DNA of 57,198 bases from Chloroflexota bacterium (GCA_027317125.1 DAHVFG010000003.1:1-57198); one strand, 5' to 3'; numbered from the stretch's first letter, positions 8,953-18,480 are shown. Made by a program: numbers and translations. The notes: generated from the sequence alone by a model not told the origin.

Positions 8953-10581
8953 ATGGCAACATCGGAAAGAGCAAGCAAAAAGCAAAGGCCGCTGGTGGAG
9001 AGAGCGGGCCGGGCGGTCTTCTGGAACGCCGCCTTCTTTCCCCTTAAGATGCTCATCAGTGTAGCTTCGAGCGTCGTGTTGACGCGCGGCCTGCGGCTCA
9101 ACGGCTTCTATCTTTTCACAATTGCCCTGGTGATCCTCGATTCACTTGGCTTGTTCGCTGACCTCGGCATAGAGCGCACTCTGCCGCGCTTCCTCCCTGA
9201 GATTGAGATGCGCTACGGGCGGCGCGGCATAAACCGCTTCCTCTTGTGGGTAACTGCCGTCAAGGGGGTGGTGCTCCTTGCGTTGATAGCTGCCCTGGTA
9301 ATTGGCTCAGATTACTGGATAAAACAGTTTTCGCTCGGAGCAAATGGCGGCTGGCTGATCTTCTTCGTCATAGCTCTGCTCGCGCTGGGTGCGGCGTGGG
9401 ACGTTTCTGTCCAGCTTCTGTACACCCATTTCAAACAGAAGACCACCAATACACTGGATGTCATCGTGGCGGTGATCCGGCCCAGCCTGACCGCGCTATT
9501 CGTCCTCGCAGGATACGGCGCGCCCGGCGCTTTGCTGGCTTTACTCTTGACCACTGTTATCTCAGTGGCCCTCTCGTTATTGCTGGCGTGGCGGCTCCTC
9601 AAAGCAATGCCTGAGGAGGCACACCCGAACGCGGCAAGGGTGCGAAAGCCTTCAACCCGCACACTCCGCAGCCGGATCGCTTCTTTCGCCGCCCTCAACT
9701 ACATCATCAACTGGTCGGTTTACCTCTATGACCTTGATTTCGTGGCGCTCGCCATTGGCTTCATACTGGTGGGCCCAGATGAGAAGCTGGCGGTGGTGCT
9801 GATTTCTCTCGCTTACAAGTTTGCAAAGGAGTTTCTGCGCGGCCTTGTGGTGCCTCTTACAGGGGTGCAGACCCCCCTCTTCTCTCGTTTATACGCAGAA
9901 GGGCGCATCGAGGGGTTACGAACAGCCTACGTGACCCTCACCAAGTTCCTGATCCTTGCGCTGATGCCCGCGGGCGTTGGCCTGATCTTCACCGCCCGGA
10001 ACATCCTGCAAATACTTTACGGCCAGAAAGGAAGCGATGCCGTGCTCACCCCCGCCACTATGCCCACAGTAGTAGCTTGCACTGCTATACTGACCTTCGG
10101 GCTTTTCGGTGAAGCTATTATTAGCGTGTCGCTCAACGTGCTGATGGTCTATGAAGAATACCGGGCGGTGATCTCGGCCCGCCTCGTTTCTCTTATAAGT
10201 ATCCCGCTCCTATTGCTCCTTGTGCCGCCTTTTGGGGCAGTGGGCGCTGCGCTCGCGGTGGCGGTCTCCGCCCTCGGTTCAAGGTCGCTCGCCTTGCTCT
10301 ACGCGCTTCGCAAGCTCAACTTACCTTTCCCGCAGCAATTCTTCACAAAAGTGGGCGCGGCCTCCGCCGTCATGGGGACCGCGCTCTTACCCTTTCTGGC
10401 GCTCTCCTCGCCGACCCTCCCACTGCTGATGTTGATCCCGGTCACAGGGGTGATGATAGCGGTTGGGGCAGCTGTATTCCTGGCGGTGTTCAAGGCAATG
10501 GGGGGGATGGAGCGCGAGGACAAAGAGCGGATTAGCAGCCTGCGCCTGCCGTTTGTGGGCGCGGCTATGAGGTTCCTGTGA
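8953..10581 (+). CDS. Wzx/MOP-superfamily polysaccharide flippase-like protein
   Basis: 12-14 TM; FADLGI motif in the N-terminal half, P.F.RLY and P.FGAVGAALA motifs; located within the GT operon. Confidence 0.75.
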   Translation: MATSERASKKQRPLVERAGRAVFWNAAFFPLKMLISVASSVVLTRGLRLNGFYLFTIALVILDSLGLFADLGIERTLPRFLPEIEMRYGRRGINRFLLWVTAVKGVVLLALIAALVIGSDYWIKQFSLGANGGWLIFFVIALLALGAAWDVSVQLLYTHFKQKTTNTLDVIVAVIRPSLTALFVLAGYGAPGALLALLLTTVISVALSLLLAWRLLKAMPEEAHPNAARVRKPSTRTLRSRIASFAALNYIINWSVYLYDLDFVALAIGFILVGPDEKLAVVLISLAYKFAKEFLRGLVVPLTGVQTPLFSRLYAEGRIEGLRTAYVTLTKFLILALMPAGVGLIFTARNILQILYGQKGSDAVLTPATMPTVVACTAILTFGLFGEAIISVSLNVLMVYEEYRAVISARLVSLISIPLLLLLVPPFGAVGAALAVAVSALGSRSLALLYALRKLNLPFPQQFFTKVGAASAVMGTALLPFLALSSPTLPLLMLIPVTGVMIAVGAAVFLAVFKAMGGMEREDKERISSLRLPFVGAAMRFL

Positions 10582-10583
10582 GT

Positions 10584-10678
10584 TTCCGCTTCGCGGAATT
10601 ATGAATTATGAATTATGAGTTGCGATACCCTCTGCCGGCTTATCCCAACTCATAATTCATAATTCGGCCAAAGGCCGA
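10584..10678. repeat. AT-rich heptamer inverted-repeat element flanked by GC mini-hairpins
   Basis: ttccgcttcgcggaa + aattatgaattatgaattatgagttg ... caactcataattcataatt + tcggccaaaggccga. Confidence 0.85.
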
Positions 10679-10682
10679 GGGC

Positions 10683-11924
10683 GTGCGAGTAGCAATTGTC
10701 ACCACATCTGGCGTAACCCGCCAGTTCAGACAGTGGCCTGAAGCGGTCCTGGGCAGGGCGCTGACGGCCCGCGGGCATAAGGTCGCCGCGTTCACCCTCC
10801 TGGATGAAGGCTCGGAGATCACCGGGGCGAGAATCGAAAAGATAGACGGCATTGCGGTGCGCCGCGTGGCCGTCAACAAAGCGTGGGTGGCTCCCAGCCT
10901 CTTGCCGGCGCTGTTGCGCTGCCACCCTGATGTAATCCACCTCTTTCACCTGCGTAACGCCCTCAACTGGCAAGCCGCTCTCTACGCCAAAGTATTCAGG
11001 GCGCGGCTGGTCTTCACTGTAGTAGGCCCATTCCATGATCCTTATCTTGTTGATGACCGCGAGCGTCCTTACAGTGGCAGAATGCATCCCAGGCGGCTTA
11101 TCTATTCGCCCGCGCAGCTTGCCCGCGGGCTGCTAGAGTCGCGCTTCCACAAGCCCCTCGCTACCTGGCAGAACTTTTGCATGCACGCTCCTATGAGGGC
11201 AGCCGATAAGCTGATCGCTTTATCCAGGCATGAAGTTGGTGTGCTGACACGCCTCGGCTTTAGCACTGATACGGTTGTACGAATCCCTCTGTGGATCGAT
11301 GCGTCGTATATCAGAGCCGTGCCTTATACGCCCTCGCGGGCGGTGGGCTACACGTCACCGCATATCCTTTTCCTGGGCCAGCTAAAAGAGCGTAAGGGTT
11401 ATGATCTTCTGGCGCGAGCCATGCCTCTGGTCTTGCATCACTTCCCCACGACAACCTTCCTCTTCGCGGGCCAGAATCCTGCGCGAGCAAGCGAGCTGAG
11501 GCGCATCTGCGGGCAAAACGGCACTCTCGACAGGCTGGTGCTCCTCGGCATGATAAGCGAGGAGGAGAAGGTGGGGCTGATGCGCTCGGCTGATTGCCTG
11601 GTCTACCCGACGAGGTATGAGAGCTTTGGCCTGCCCCCACTTGAAGCCATGGCGGCCCACTGCCCGGTTATAGCCACAGACCTGCCGGTGGTGAGCGAGA
11701 TGATACAGGATGGTGAGAATGGGCTGCTCGTCAGGCCTGAGGAGCCAGAGGCCCTTGCGGAGGCAATAATCCGCTTGCTGGGCGAGCCTGCTTTGCGCAA
11801 CAAGCTGGTAGCGGGAGGTGAGCGCACCCTGGCCCGCTACTCAGAAGAGGCGATCATCCGCCAAATCGAGGGGCTATACGAGGGGTCAGTGGTCAGTGAC
11901 CGGAAACCGACCACCGACCACTAA
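10683..11924 (+). CDS. Glycosyltransferase family 4
   Basis: FLGQLKERKG, YESFGLPPLEAM, DGENGLLV motifs. Confidence 0.9.
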   Translation: MRVAIVTTSGVTRQFRQWPEAVLGRALTARGHKVAAFTLLDEGSEITGARIEKIDGIAVRRVAVNKAWVAPSLLPALLRCHPDVIHLFHLRNALNWQAALYAKVFRARLVFTVVGPFHDPYLVDDRERPYSGRMHPRRLIYSPAQLARGLLESRFHKPLATWQNFCMHAPMRAADKLIALSRHEVGVLTRLGFSTDTVVRIPLWIDASYIRAVPYTPSRAVGYTSPHILFLGQLKERKGYDLLARAMPLVLHHFPTTTFLFAGQNPARASELRRICGQNGTLDRLVLLGMISEEEKVGLMRSADCLVYPTRYESFGLPPLEAMAAHCPVIATDLPVVSEMIQDGENGLLVRPEEPEALAEAIIRLLGEPALRNKLVAGGERTLARYSEEAIIRQIEGLYEGSVVSDRKPTTDH

Positions 11925-11935
11925 CTGGAGGAGAG

Positions 11936-13246
11936 TTGTTAGAAAGAGAAATGGAGCGCGGTGCACTGCGAGTGCTATACTTTATCGGCTCATATGGGCC
12001 TGACGCAATGGGGAGCGCCAGCCATGAAGAGACGATAGTGGCGATGCGCGGTCGCGGCCACCAGGTTGAGGTGCTCACGCAGATAAATGAGCCGGGCGAG
12101 CGTCGCTACAGCCGTGTAGAGCACTCGGGAGTGCCTGTATATAGAGTGAACCTGGCGGCCCGCGCCGGCAAGCTCAGTAAGCTGTGGCAAAAGGGGTCGG
12201 AGAGGATCTTCAACTATGAATATATGCCAACGCTCCTCACAACATACCGCAGCCACCTGCGCACCCACAGCTATGACCTGGTGCATGTGGAGGGTGCCTA
12301 CCCCTTTGGCTTGATCGCGGCGCTGGGAAGCGGTAACATGCCCTTCCTGGCTAACGTTCAGGGCGCTGACGTTATAGAGCTACCGGAGGCTGATTACGGC
12401 TACCGCCGCTTCAGGATACCTCGCGCCGCCGTGGCTTTCACACTTAGACGTGCGTCGCTGGTGCGCGCAATCTCCCCACTGTTGGCTGAATATCTGGTAA
12501 AAGAGCGCCTTGTGCCGCCCGGTAAGGTGGTAGTGGTATTGCGCGCCCTTGAGCAGCGGGCGTTCCCCCCGGCCGGCATGCCCCTCAATAACTTCCGTGA
12601 GGAGTCGCGCCGGATGCTTACTGACAACTATGGCATCGGCCTGCCTCGCCCTGTGGTAATCGCACTGAGCAGGCTGCACCCTTTCAAAGGGCTGGAATAC
12701 CTGGTAGATGCCATTCCTGAGATAGTAGCGGGGCAGCATGAGCGCGGGCAAGAGCCTCCCTGGTTCTTGATCTGCGGGCCATCGCGCAGCACGGAGCACT
12801 ACGGCGACTATAGAGAGTACCTGCGTAAGCGGGCCGAAGCAGCAGGAGTTTCGAGCTATATCGTCTTCGGTGGAGAGGTGCCGCACCGGGAAGTGCGTGC
12901 GCATCTCGCCGGCGCGACGATCCTGGCCTGCCCCTCGATCCTTGAGGCACAAAACAAGGTGATCCCTGAGGCTGCCGCGGTAGGCACTCCGGCGGTAGCT
13001 ACGGAAACAACAGGCATAGTCTCTTATCTTGCGCCGCTCGATGCCGTCGTGGCTGTGCCGCCCCGCTCGGGGCGAGCTATAGCTGAGGCTATTGTGCGCC
13101 TCCTCAACGACGATGCGCATTACGTTCGCGTCAGGGGTAACGCGATCTCTGTTGCCGAGGAGCTGCGAGCCGAAGAACTGGCTCCACAGCTGGAGGCGGC
13201 GTGGAAGCGTGCTTACGAATCACTTTCCGCTTCGCGGGATCAATAA
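11936..13246 (+). CDS. Glycosyltransferase family 4
   Basis: RVLYFIGS, LSRLHPFKGLEYL, SILEAQNKVIPEA motifs; the start may be at 11951 or later. Confidence 0.85.
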   Translation: MLEREMERGALRVLYFIGSYGPDAMGSASHEETIVAMRGRGHQVEVLTQINEPGERRYSRVEHSGVPVYRVNLAARAGKLSKLWQKGSERIFNYEYMPTLLTTYRSHLRTHSYDLVHVEGAYPFGLIAALGSGNMPFLANVQGADVIELPEADYGYRRFRIPRAAVAFTLRRASLVRAISPLLAEYLVKERLVPPGKVVVVLRALEQRAFPPAGMPLNNFREESRRMLTDNYGIGLPRPVVIALSRLHPFKGLEYLVDAIPEIVAGQHERGQEPPWFLICGPSRSTEHYGDYREYLRKRAEAAGVSSYIVFGGEVPHREVRAHLAGATILACPSILEAQNKVIPEAAAVGTPAVATETTGIVSYLAPLDAVVAVPPRSGRAIAEAIVRLLNDDAHYVRVRGNAISVAEELRAEELAPQLEAAWKRAYESLSASRDQ

Positions 13247-13305
13247 TTATCAATTATGATTTCGTGCTCCAATTAATAATTGATAACTCACAATTATCAA
13301 TTCCG
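13225..13305. repeat. Degenerate AT-rich heptamer element between convergent genes
   Basis: ttccgcttcgcgg (identical to 10584) + aattatcaattatga ... ataattgataactcacaattatcaattccgcc; contains both stop codons. Confidence 0.7.
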
Positions 13306-15309
13306 CCGGAGTTCGATGCGGGTAAAGCCAAGTGCGATACGTCTGTTATCACCGGGTGGCGCTTGCGGGGGCATATCACTTCTGATTTCGATCTTGTGGT
13401 TTCCAGGGGAGAGAACGCCCAGATCAACCGATAAATCCGCGAGTACAGTGCCAATCTCCTTACTAGCCACCATTTTGCCGTCTAGAAGCACCGATAGTTG
13501 CCGAGGCACTCCATATGAGTATAGCGTGCTTGTGAAGCTGTAGCGGCCTTGCGCTTCTGCCGGGATGCCTATCCATACATCCGCATTGCCCTGCATATCG
13601 TCGTTGCCTGTCCACCTGTGGAGGGGGTTTGGCTCAGCGCTGTACCAGCCGCTGCCCAGCCCGACAAGCGCGGTTACCTTGCCGACGCCGCGAGCTTGCG
13701 CCAGGGCGGGCGGCGATTTGTAGATAACCACCTCACTGTCCTCGTAGGCTTTGTCCTGCGCGCTAAAGAGAGCGTTGAGCGTTGTTTGCAGACGCTTGTA
13801 GCGCCCGGTAGCCATGCTTGCTTTGTGTACCACAATGAAGGTGATGTTGTAGTAGTCGAGGCTCATTAGAGCAGTGGCCGCAACCTCGGGCTGCACGATG
13901 TCGGGGGCTGTGAGAGGCCCGGGATCGCTGTTGACGAGTTGCGCGAGCCCCGGAGCGCCGTCCGCGAAGGGATAAGGGAAATGGCGGGAGGTGTAACCTC
14001 CGACGATTGGCCTGCCGTGAGCGGTCTGGTGCAGCAGCGAAGCCGCCGACCACTCCGCGTATGGCAGCTCGATCACAGCTCCAGGCGTTTGGTCATTCTT
14101 CAAAAAAGTGTACGCTGCCTCGGTTGACGTGCTCGCCAGCAGGCGCGGCACCCCGAAGAGTTCAGCCACCAGCAAGGCCAGCGCCACAGGCACGATGGCG
14201 CTTTTCCACCTGAAGCCACTGCTTACATGTTGAAGCCAGTAGACGCCCGCCGCCGACAGTAGTGCCATACAGATGCCCGCGGTCGCCACGAATCTGAGGG
14301 GCTGGCGTGAAGCGCCGATGAAGGGCACATCGTTGAGGAGCGCGTAAGGCAGGGGTATCTGCGTCTGATTCCCGCTCACCTGTAGCTGCGGGCCGAGCGC
14401 CATGACGAGGAGCACACCGAAGGCCAGGGCTAAAGGCCAGAAACTGCGCCTTTTCACCAATCCGATAGCGCTCAGAACAAGGGCGATATAGCCCAGAGCC
14501 ACCGAGCTGCCAGGCTGATTGAAGCCGGAGTCGATCCGCGCCGGCAGGAAGAAAGCCGCCAGGTCCGCCGAGTTGCTAAGGGTGGCCGCCAGGCTCGACA
14601 GCATGTAGGTGGCTCCGCTCAATCGCTCACCTATCATGGCCCACAGGAGCGGGCTGAGCAAAGTAGCAAATACAACCAGCGCCAGGGCTACCTTGATGCC
14701 AGCCTGCCACCAATCCGCCCTTGCTTTATCCCTCTTTGCCAGCAAGTACGCAGGAACAAAGATGATCGTGAAGACGATTAACCCTGCTGTAAAGTACCAT
14801 GTGGCGAGCGACGCTCCCGCCAGGGAGAGACCCGCAGCAAACGCCGCCCTCCTGCCTCCACCTCGCGTCCAGACTGGGCCATGACTGTCGAGTGCGCGCC
14901 AGAGAGCCAGCACATAGAGAGGGACGCACCAGGCGGTTACTTCGTCCAATTGGCCGAGGTCAATCGAAGCGCTCAGCAGGGGTGTGGAAGCGAAGATCGC
15001 CCCGCCAACCAGAGCAGCGCCTATAGAGCCTATCCGCTCGTTGCAGAGCCAGTAGGCAGCCAGTCCGTCAACTGTGAGATTCGCCAGCATTATCAGGTTG
15101 AAGGCGGGAGTGAGGCCAAAGAGATGCTGTAGCGGGATGGAAATGACGCCGTTGAAGATGTCAAGCGAGTGGTAATATAGATTCAGGCCCGTCGGATAGT
15201 AGAGAAAGGTGGTTTGATAAGGGGTCTGGTTGAGGCTCACCAGCGACTTGTCGGCCCACCAGAGGTCCCACAAGTGCAGCCATGCGTCGCCACCGCGCGC
15301 CAGGATCAC
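13297..15309 (-). CDS. Multi-TM GT-C/YfhO-like membrane protein with C-terminal extracytoplasmic domain; start probably near 15411
   Basis: GGD....W..WW, YYPTGLNLYYH, LPYALL..VPF...SRQP.RF, GAVIELP, PIVGGY.SR motifs; C-terminal GWY..E...RWTG. Confidence 0.7.
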   Translation of the reverse strand: MILARGGDAWLHLWDLWWADKSLVSLNQTPYQTTFLYYPTGLNLYYHSLDIFNGVISIPLQHLFGLTPAFNLIMLANLTVDGLAAYWLCNERIGSIGAALVGGAIFASTPLLSASIDLGQLDEVTAWCVPLYVLALWRALDSHGPVWTRGGGRRAAFAAGLSLAGASLATWYFTAGLIVFTIIFVPAYLLAKRDKARADWWQAGIKVALALVVFATLLSPLLWAMIGERLSGATYMLSSLAATLSNSADLAAFFLPARIDSGFNQPGSSVALGYIALVLSAIGLVKRRSFWPLALAFGVLLVMALGPQLQVSGNQTQIPLPYALLNDVPFIGASRQPLRFVATAGICMALLSAAGVYWLQHVSSGFRWKSAIVPVALALLVAELFGVPRLLASTSTEAAYTFLKNDQTPGAVIELPYAEWSAASLLHQTAHGRPIVGGYTSRHFPYPFADGAPGLAQLVNSDPGPLTAPDIVQPEVAATALMSLDYYNITFIVVHKASMATGRYKRLQTTLNALFSAQDKAYEDSEVVIYKSPPALAQARGVGKVTALVGLGSGWYSAEPNPLHRWTGNDDMQGNADVWIGIPAEAQGRYSFTSTLYSYGVPRQLSVLLDGKMVASKEIGTVLADLSVDLGVLSPGNHKIEIRSDMPPQAPPGDNRRIALGFTRIELRRN

Positions 15310-15407
15310 GGCTGAGTCAAGGTGCAGAACCAGGGGGTAAGTGAAGGCTATGGCCCACGCAAGGAAGAATAGGGGAGGGAAAATAAGACGGAAGGGCCGC
15401 GCGTCTG

Positions 15408-16022
15408 CTATTCTTCTGATCGGTCGCCCGTCTTCCCGTCGCTCTCTGCGGCGCTGTACATCTCAGGCTTGAGCACTCCGATGAAAGGCAGGTTGCGATA
15501 TATCTGGTTGTAATCCAGGCCGTAGCCAACCACGAACTCATCAGGTATCTCGAAGCAGACGTAATCCACAGGCACATCCACTCGCCTTCGCCCCTCTTTA
15601 GCCAGGAGAGAGCAGACGCGCACTCCTGCGGGGTTACGAGTTCGTAGCGTTTCGAGGATGTAGTTGAGGGTGAGGCCGCTGTCTATGATGTCCTCGACGA
15701 TCAGCACCTCTTTGCCTTCTATAGAACTGTCGAGGTCCTTCAAGATGCGAACGATGCCACTCGTCCTGGTGGAAGCGCCGTATGAGGCGACGGCCATAAA
15801 GTCGAGGGTAAGTGGCAGGTCAATAGCACGCGCCAGGTCAACTATAAACATCAACGCGCCTTTGAGCACACCGACCAGAAGAAGCTCTTTCCCGGCATAC
15901 TCCTCGGTAAGCTGGCGCCCCATGCGAGCTATCGCCTCTTGAATCTCCTCCTCGGTGACGAGCACATGGTCTATGTCGTCACGCAGATTTCGCAACGTTA
16001 CCGGCTCTTCAACGTTCCACAC
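15408..16022 (-). CDS. hpt: Hypoxanthine phosphoribosyltransferase
   Basis: GVLKGA, SYGAST, PRPP motif VLIVEDIIDSGLTL, FVVGYGLDY. Confidence 0.97.
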   Translation of the reverse strand: MWNVEEPVTLRNLRDDIDHVLVTEEEIQEAIARMGRQLTEEYAGKELLLVGVLKGALMFIVDLARAIDLPLTLDFMAVASYGASTRTSGIVRILKDLDSSIEGKEVLIVEDIIDSGLTLNYILETLRTRNPAGVRVCSLLAKEGRRRVDVPVDYVCFEIPDEFVVGYGLDYNQIYRNLPFIGVLKPEMYSAAESDGKTGDRSEE

Positions 16023-16024
16023 TG

Positions 16025-17587
16025 TTATCCTCCCTCTCTCCTGAATTGTAGACAGAGTACCTGCACTGTCTCTTCAGTCAGCGCAGCGTGCCGTGATCTC
16101 CTGCCTCCCGGACCGGGTACCCACAGTATCTCTCCCGCGCCGCCGGCTACGGCAAGGAGAGGGATCATGTCGCGCACCCTTCTGGGGATTTTAGCATCCA
16201 CGAGCAACTCCTGCAAGCTCTTTCGCCCCTGCATCCCCAACGGCTTGATAAAATCCCCCGCTCTACGTCTACGCCAAACCACAGGCCCCAACTTGGCAAG
16301 AGAATCCGCGTCAAAAGCGGCTGCGTAGTCTCCGAGCAGGCATCTATCCGTCCCTGCCTGCGAGGTTGTCATCTTCAGCTTCCAGCCTCCGGCCATCTCT
16401 ACCTTTCCGTCAGTCAACGGCCACTCACCGGTGATTGCCATCTGTGGCCAGCGCCCAAGAGCCTCCCGGTGGAGAATGCTCTCAGCTTCGCTGCTGTTGC
16501 GCCTTAGCACCATCTGGTCACCCAGCCGCTCGGCGATCAGGCCATGAGGTAGCTGGACCGCTGTAGACTCGCGGTTGCTTGACATAAGCTGCATGAGCAT
16601 CCGTACATGCTCAAAAGTGAAGCCGTCGAGAGTACCGCCCAGCAGCCCCAGCGCCTTACGCACGATTCTACGGCCTAAGCTCTCCGGCAGATTTGCGAGA
16701 TCCGCCGTATTGAAGAGCACGACGCCTGCCTGATCATCAACTTTAGCGATCTCTTCCCATTTCGTGTCAGCTATTTGCTTTATCAGCCGTTCGTCTGCGC
16801 TTGCCAACTCCGCTAGATCGGTCAGATGTGCCTTGACTGCCGGGCTATATTCCCTTGTGAGGTAGGGGATCAGCTCATGCCGAATTCGATTGCGCCGGTA
16901 AGATAGATCGCTGTTGGTGGCGTCAACACGCGGGTTGAGGCCTTGCTCTTCGCAATAGGCAGCGAGCTCTTCACGCCAGATATGAAGGAGCGGCCTGTAT
17001 ATCTGGACTGTTGTGCTGTTTCCCTGAAGCTCGCCCTGATGATCAGATGAAAGTAAACTCTCGTAGGAGCGAGCAGGCACCTCTCTGAGCGGCTGCATCC
17101 CCACAATGCCACTCAGCCCTGAGCCGCGCAAGATGTGCATAAGCACTGTTTCGGCCTGGTCGTCCGCGTTGTGGGCGACCGCCACTGTTGCCTGTCTTGG
17201 CCGGGCAACAGTGGCCAGGAAAGAATATCGCACCAGTCGCGCCGCCTCTTCTGCCGACATGTTGTGCCTGCGGGCGTACTCCGGCACATCAAAGCTCGCC
17301 ATTGTGCTAGAGATACCCCAGTCGCGCGCGATTTGCTCTACGAAGCAGGCGTCTGCCGCCCCCGCTGCTCCTCGAAAGCCGTGATCGAGATGGGCAACGT
17401 GCAAAGTTTTGGCGGCACTGTCACCCCGCAGTGTGACCAGCAGGCGCAGTAGCGCAAGAGAGTCGGTTCCGCCCGACACGCCAACCACAAGGGGTTCGTG
17501 GAGCAGTAAGGTATCAAGGCCGACCCGCTGTGCCGCCAGCACACGGCGCGCCAGGTCGTTAGAAGCGGTCCCTTCACGATTGCTCAT
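16025..17587 (-). CDS. tilS: tRNA(Ile)-lysidine synthetase
   Basis: PP-loop GVSGGTDS, AHLDHG, AHNADDQAET, RPLL, D..N...Y.RNRIR; adjacent to hpt. Confidence 0.96.
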   Translation of the reverse strand: MSNREGTASNDLARRVLAAQRVGLDTLLLHEPLVVGVSGGTDSLALLRLLVTLRGDSAAKTLHVAHLDHGFRGAAGAADACFVEQIARDWGISSTMASFDVPEYARRHNMSAEEAARLVRYSFLATVARPRQATVAVAHNADDQAETVLMHILRGSGLSGIVGMQPLREVPARSYESLLSSDHQGELQGNSTTVQIYRPLLHIWREELAAYCEEQGLNPRVDATNSDLSYRRNRIRHELIPYLTREYSPAVKAHLTDLAELASADERLIKQIADTKWEEIAKVDDQAGVVLFNTADLANLPESLGRRIVRKALGLLGGTLDGFTFEHVRMLMQLMSSNRESTAVQLPHGLIAERLGDQMVLRRNSSEAESILHREALGRWPQMAITGEWPLTDGKVEMAGGWKLKMTTSQAGTDRCLLGDYAAAFDADSLAKLGPVVWRRRRAGDFIKPLGMQGRKSLQELLVDAKIPRRVRDMIPLLAVAGGAGEILWVPGPGGRRSRHAALTEETVQVLCLQFRREGG

Positions 17588-17939
17588 TTACGAGAGGCTT
17601 CTGTGGCTGAGGTTATCTGCATAACCAATTTTACCACCTGCTGTGGAATGCAAATAGAGATACGAGGTTGCCCGAAGGTGAGTCGTACCCCCAACGATAA
17701 CAGGGGCAGCGGTTGGTAAGGCTGTCACATTCGTCTGTTGCAGCGCATAAGCCCGTTCGGAGTAGCCCTTGACGCTGCTCTGAGGGCCTAGGAGGGCAAG
17801 AGTAACATGATGGCTCGGCTCATGTTGAATATCTTTACTGGGCCACGAGGTTACTACGCTAACAACTAACTGCCAGGTATACTCAGATAGATAAATAAGG
17901 CCTGTGCATAGGTGCAAAGCTGCACCTATCGGCTGGTGA

Positions 17940-18245
17940 CTACCTTGAGAGAAGCCACAGAACCACCAGTCCCAAGAGCAATATCAACCATGCCCTCCTC
18001 CATAACACGATGGCTGCGGCCGTTGATAGGCAGCTTATGCGCTTGGTAGTACCACCCAGCGATAATTTGTGCTGTTGGACATAAGAGATACCCGTGCCTG
18101 GTATACTTACCGTAGTTCTGCGTCCGGCGGGACCAATGCTGTGGCGTACACCTCGGAGCCCGAAGCTCAGTCCCAGCCCACCCTTGCTCGCGTTAGCCCG
18201 CACACCAGGTAGTAGTCGTTTGCTCTTGTGGAAGCGTACGCCCAT
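17940..18245 (-). CDS. DUF4236-like small protein with C-terminal hydrophobic helix
   Basis: MGVRFHKSKRLLPGVRANASKGGLGLSFG.RG...TVSIPGTGISY resembles the DUF4236 pattern; the ORF-track extension to 18416 overlaps the tRNA and is spurious. Confidence 0.7.
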   Translation of the reverse strand: MGVRFHKSKRLLPGVRANASKGGLGLSFGLRGVRHSIGPAGRRTTVSIPGTGISYVQQHKLSLGGTTKRISCLSTAAAIVLWRRAWLILLLGLVVLWLLSR

Positions 18246-18358
18246 CACAGTCACTCTTTCATTTTGTACAAAGACAGGATGACCCTGTCTGGTCACCGCC
18301 AGGGATGAAAACGTGCCTATTTTCACATCAGAGCTTAGAACCCGGGTTCTAAAGTGGG

Positions 18359-18430
18359 TGGCGAGAGGCAGATTTGAACTGCCGACCAAGGGCTTATGAG
18401 TCCCCTGCTCTACCACTGAGCTACCTCGCC
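18359..18430 (-). tRNA. tRNA with CAT anticodon (elongator Met or Ile2; not initiator)
   Basis: GGCGAGG-TAGCTCAGTGGTAGAGC-AGGGGA-CTCATAA-GCCCT-TGGTC-GGCAG-TTCAAAT-CTGCC-TCTCGCC-A folds as a cloverleaf; G1-C72 is paired. Confidence 0.93.
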
Positions 18431-18480
18431 GCGACTATCGCCCACCGACGCCAGAGATACGGTGCGAAAAGCGCACAAGA

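Noticed and set aside
17588-18360. Prophage or integrative element at the tRNA-CAT 3' end
   Set aside because: No integrase and no duplicated tRNA 3' end; only one small cargo-like gene.
18246-18416. N-terminal extension of the 158-aa ORF, and likewise 30322-30471 and ORF 27174-27539
   Set aside because: These overlap tRNA genes and are translation artefacts.
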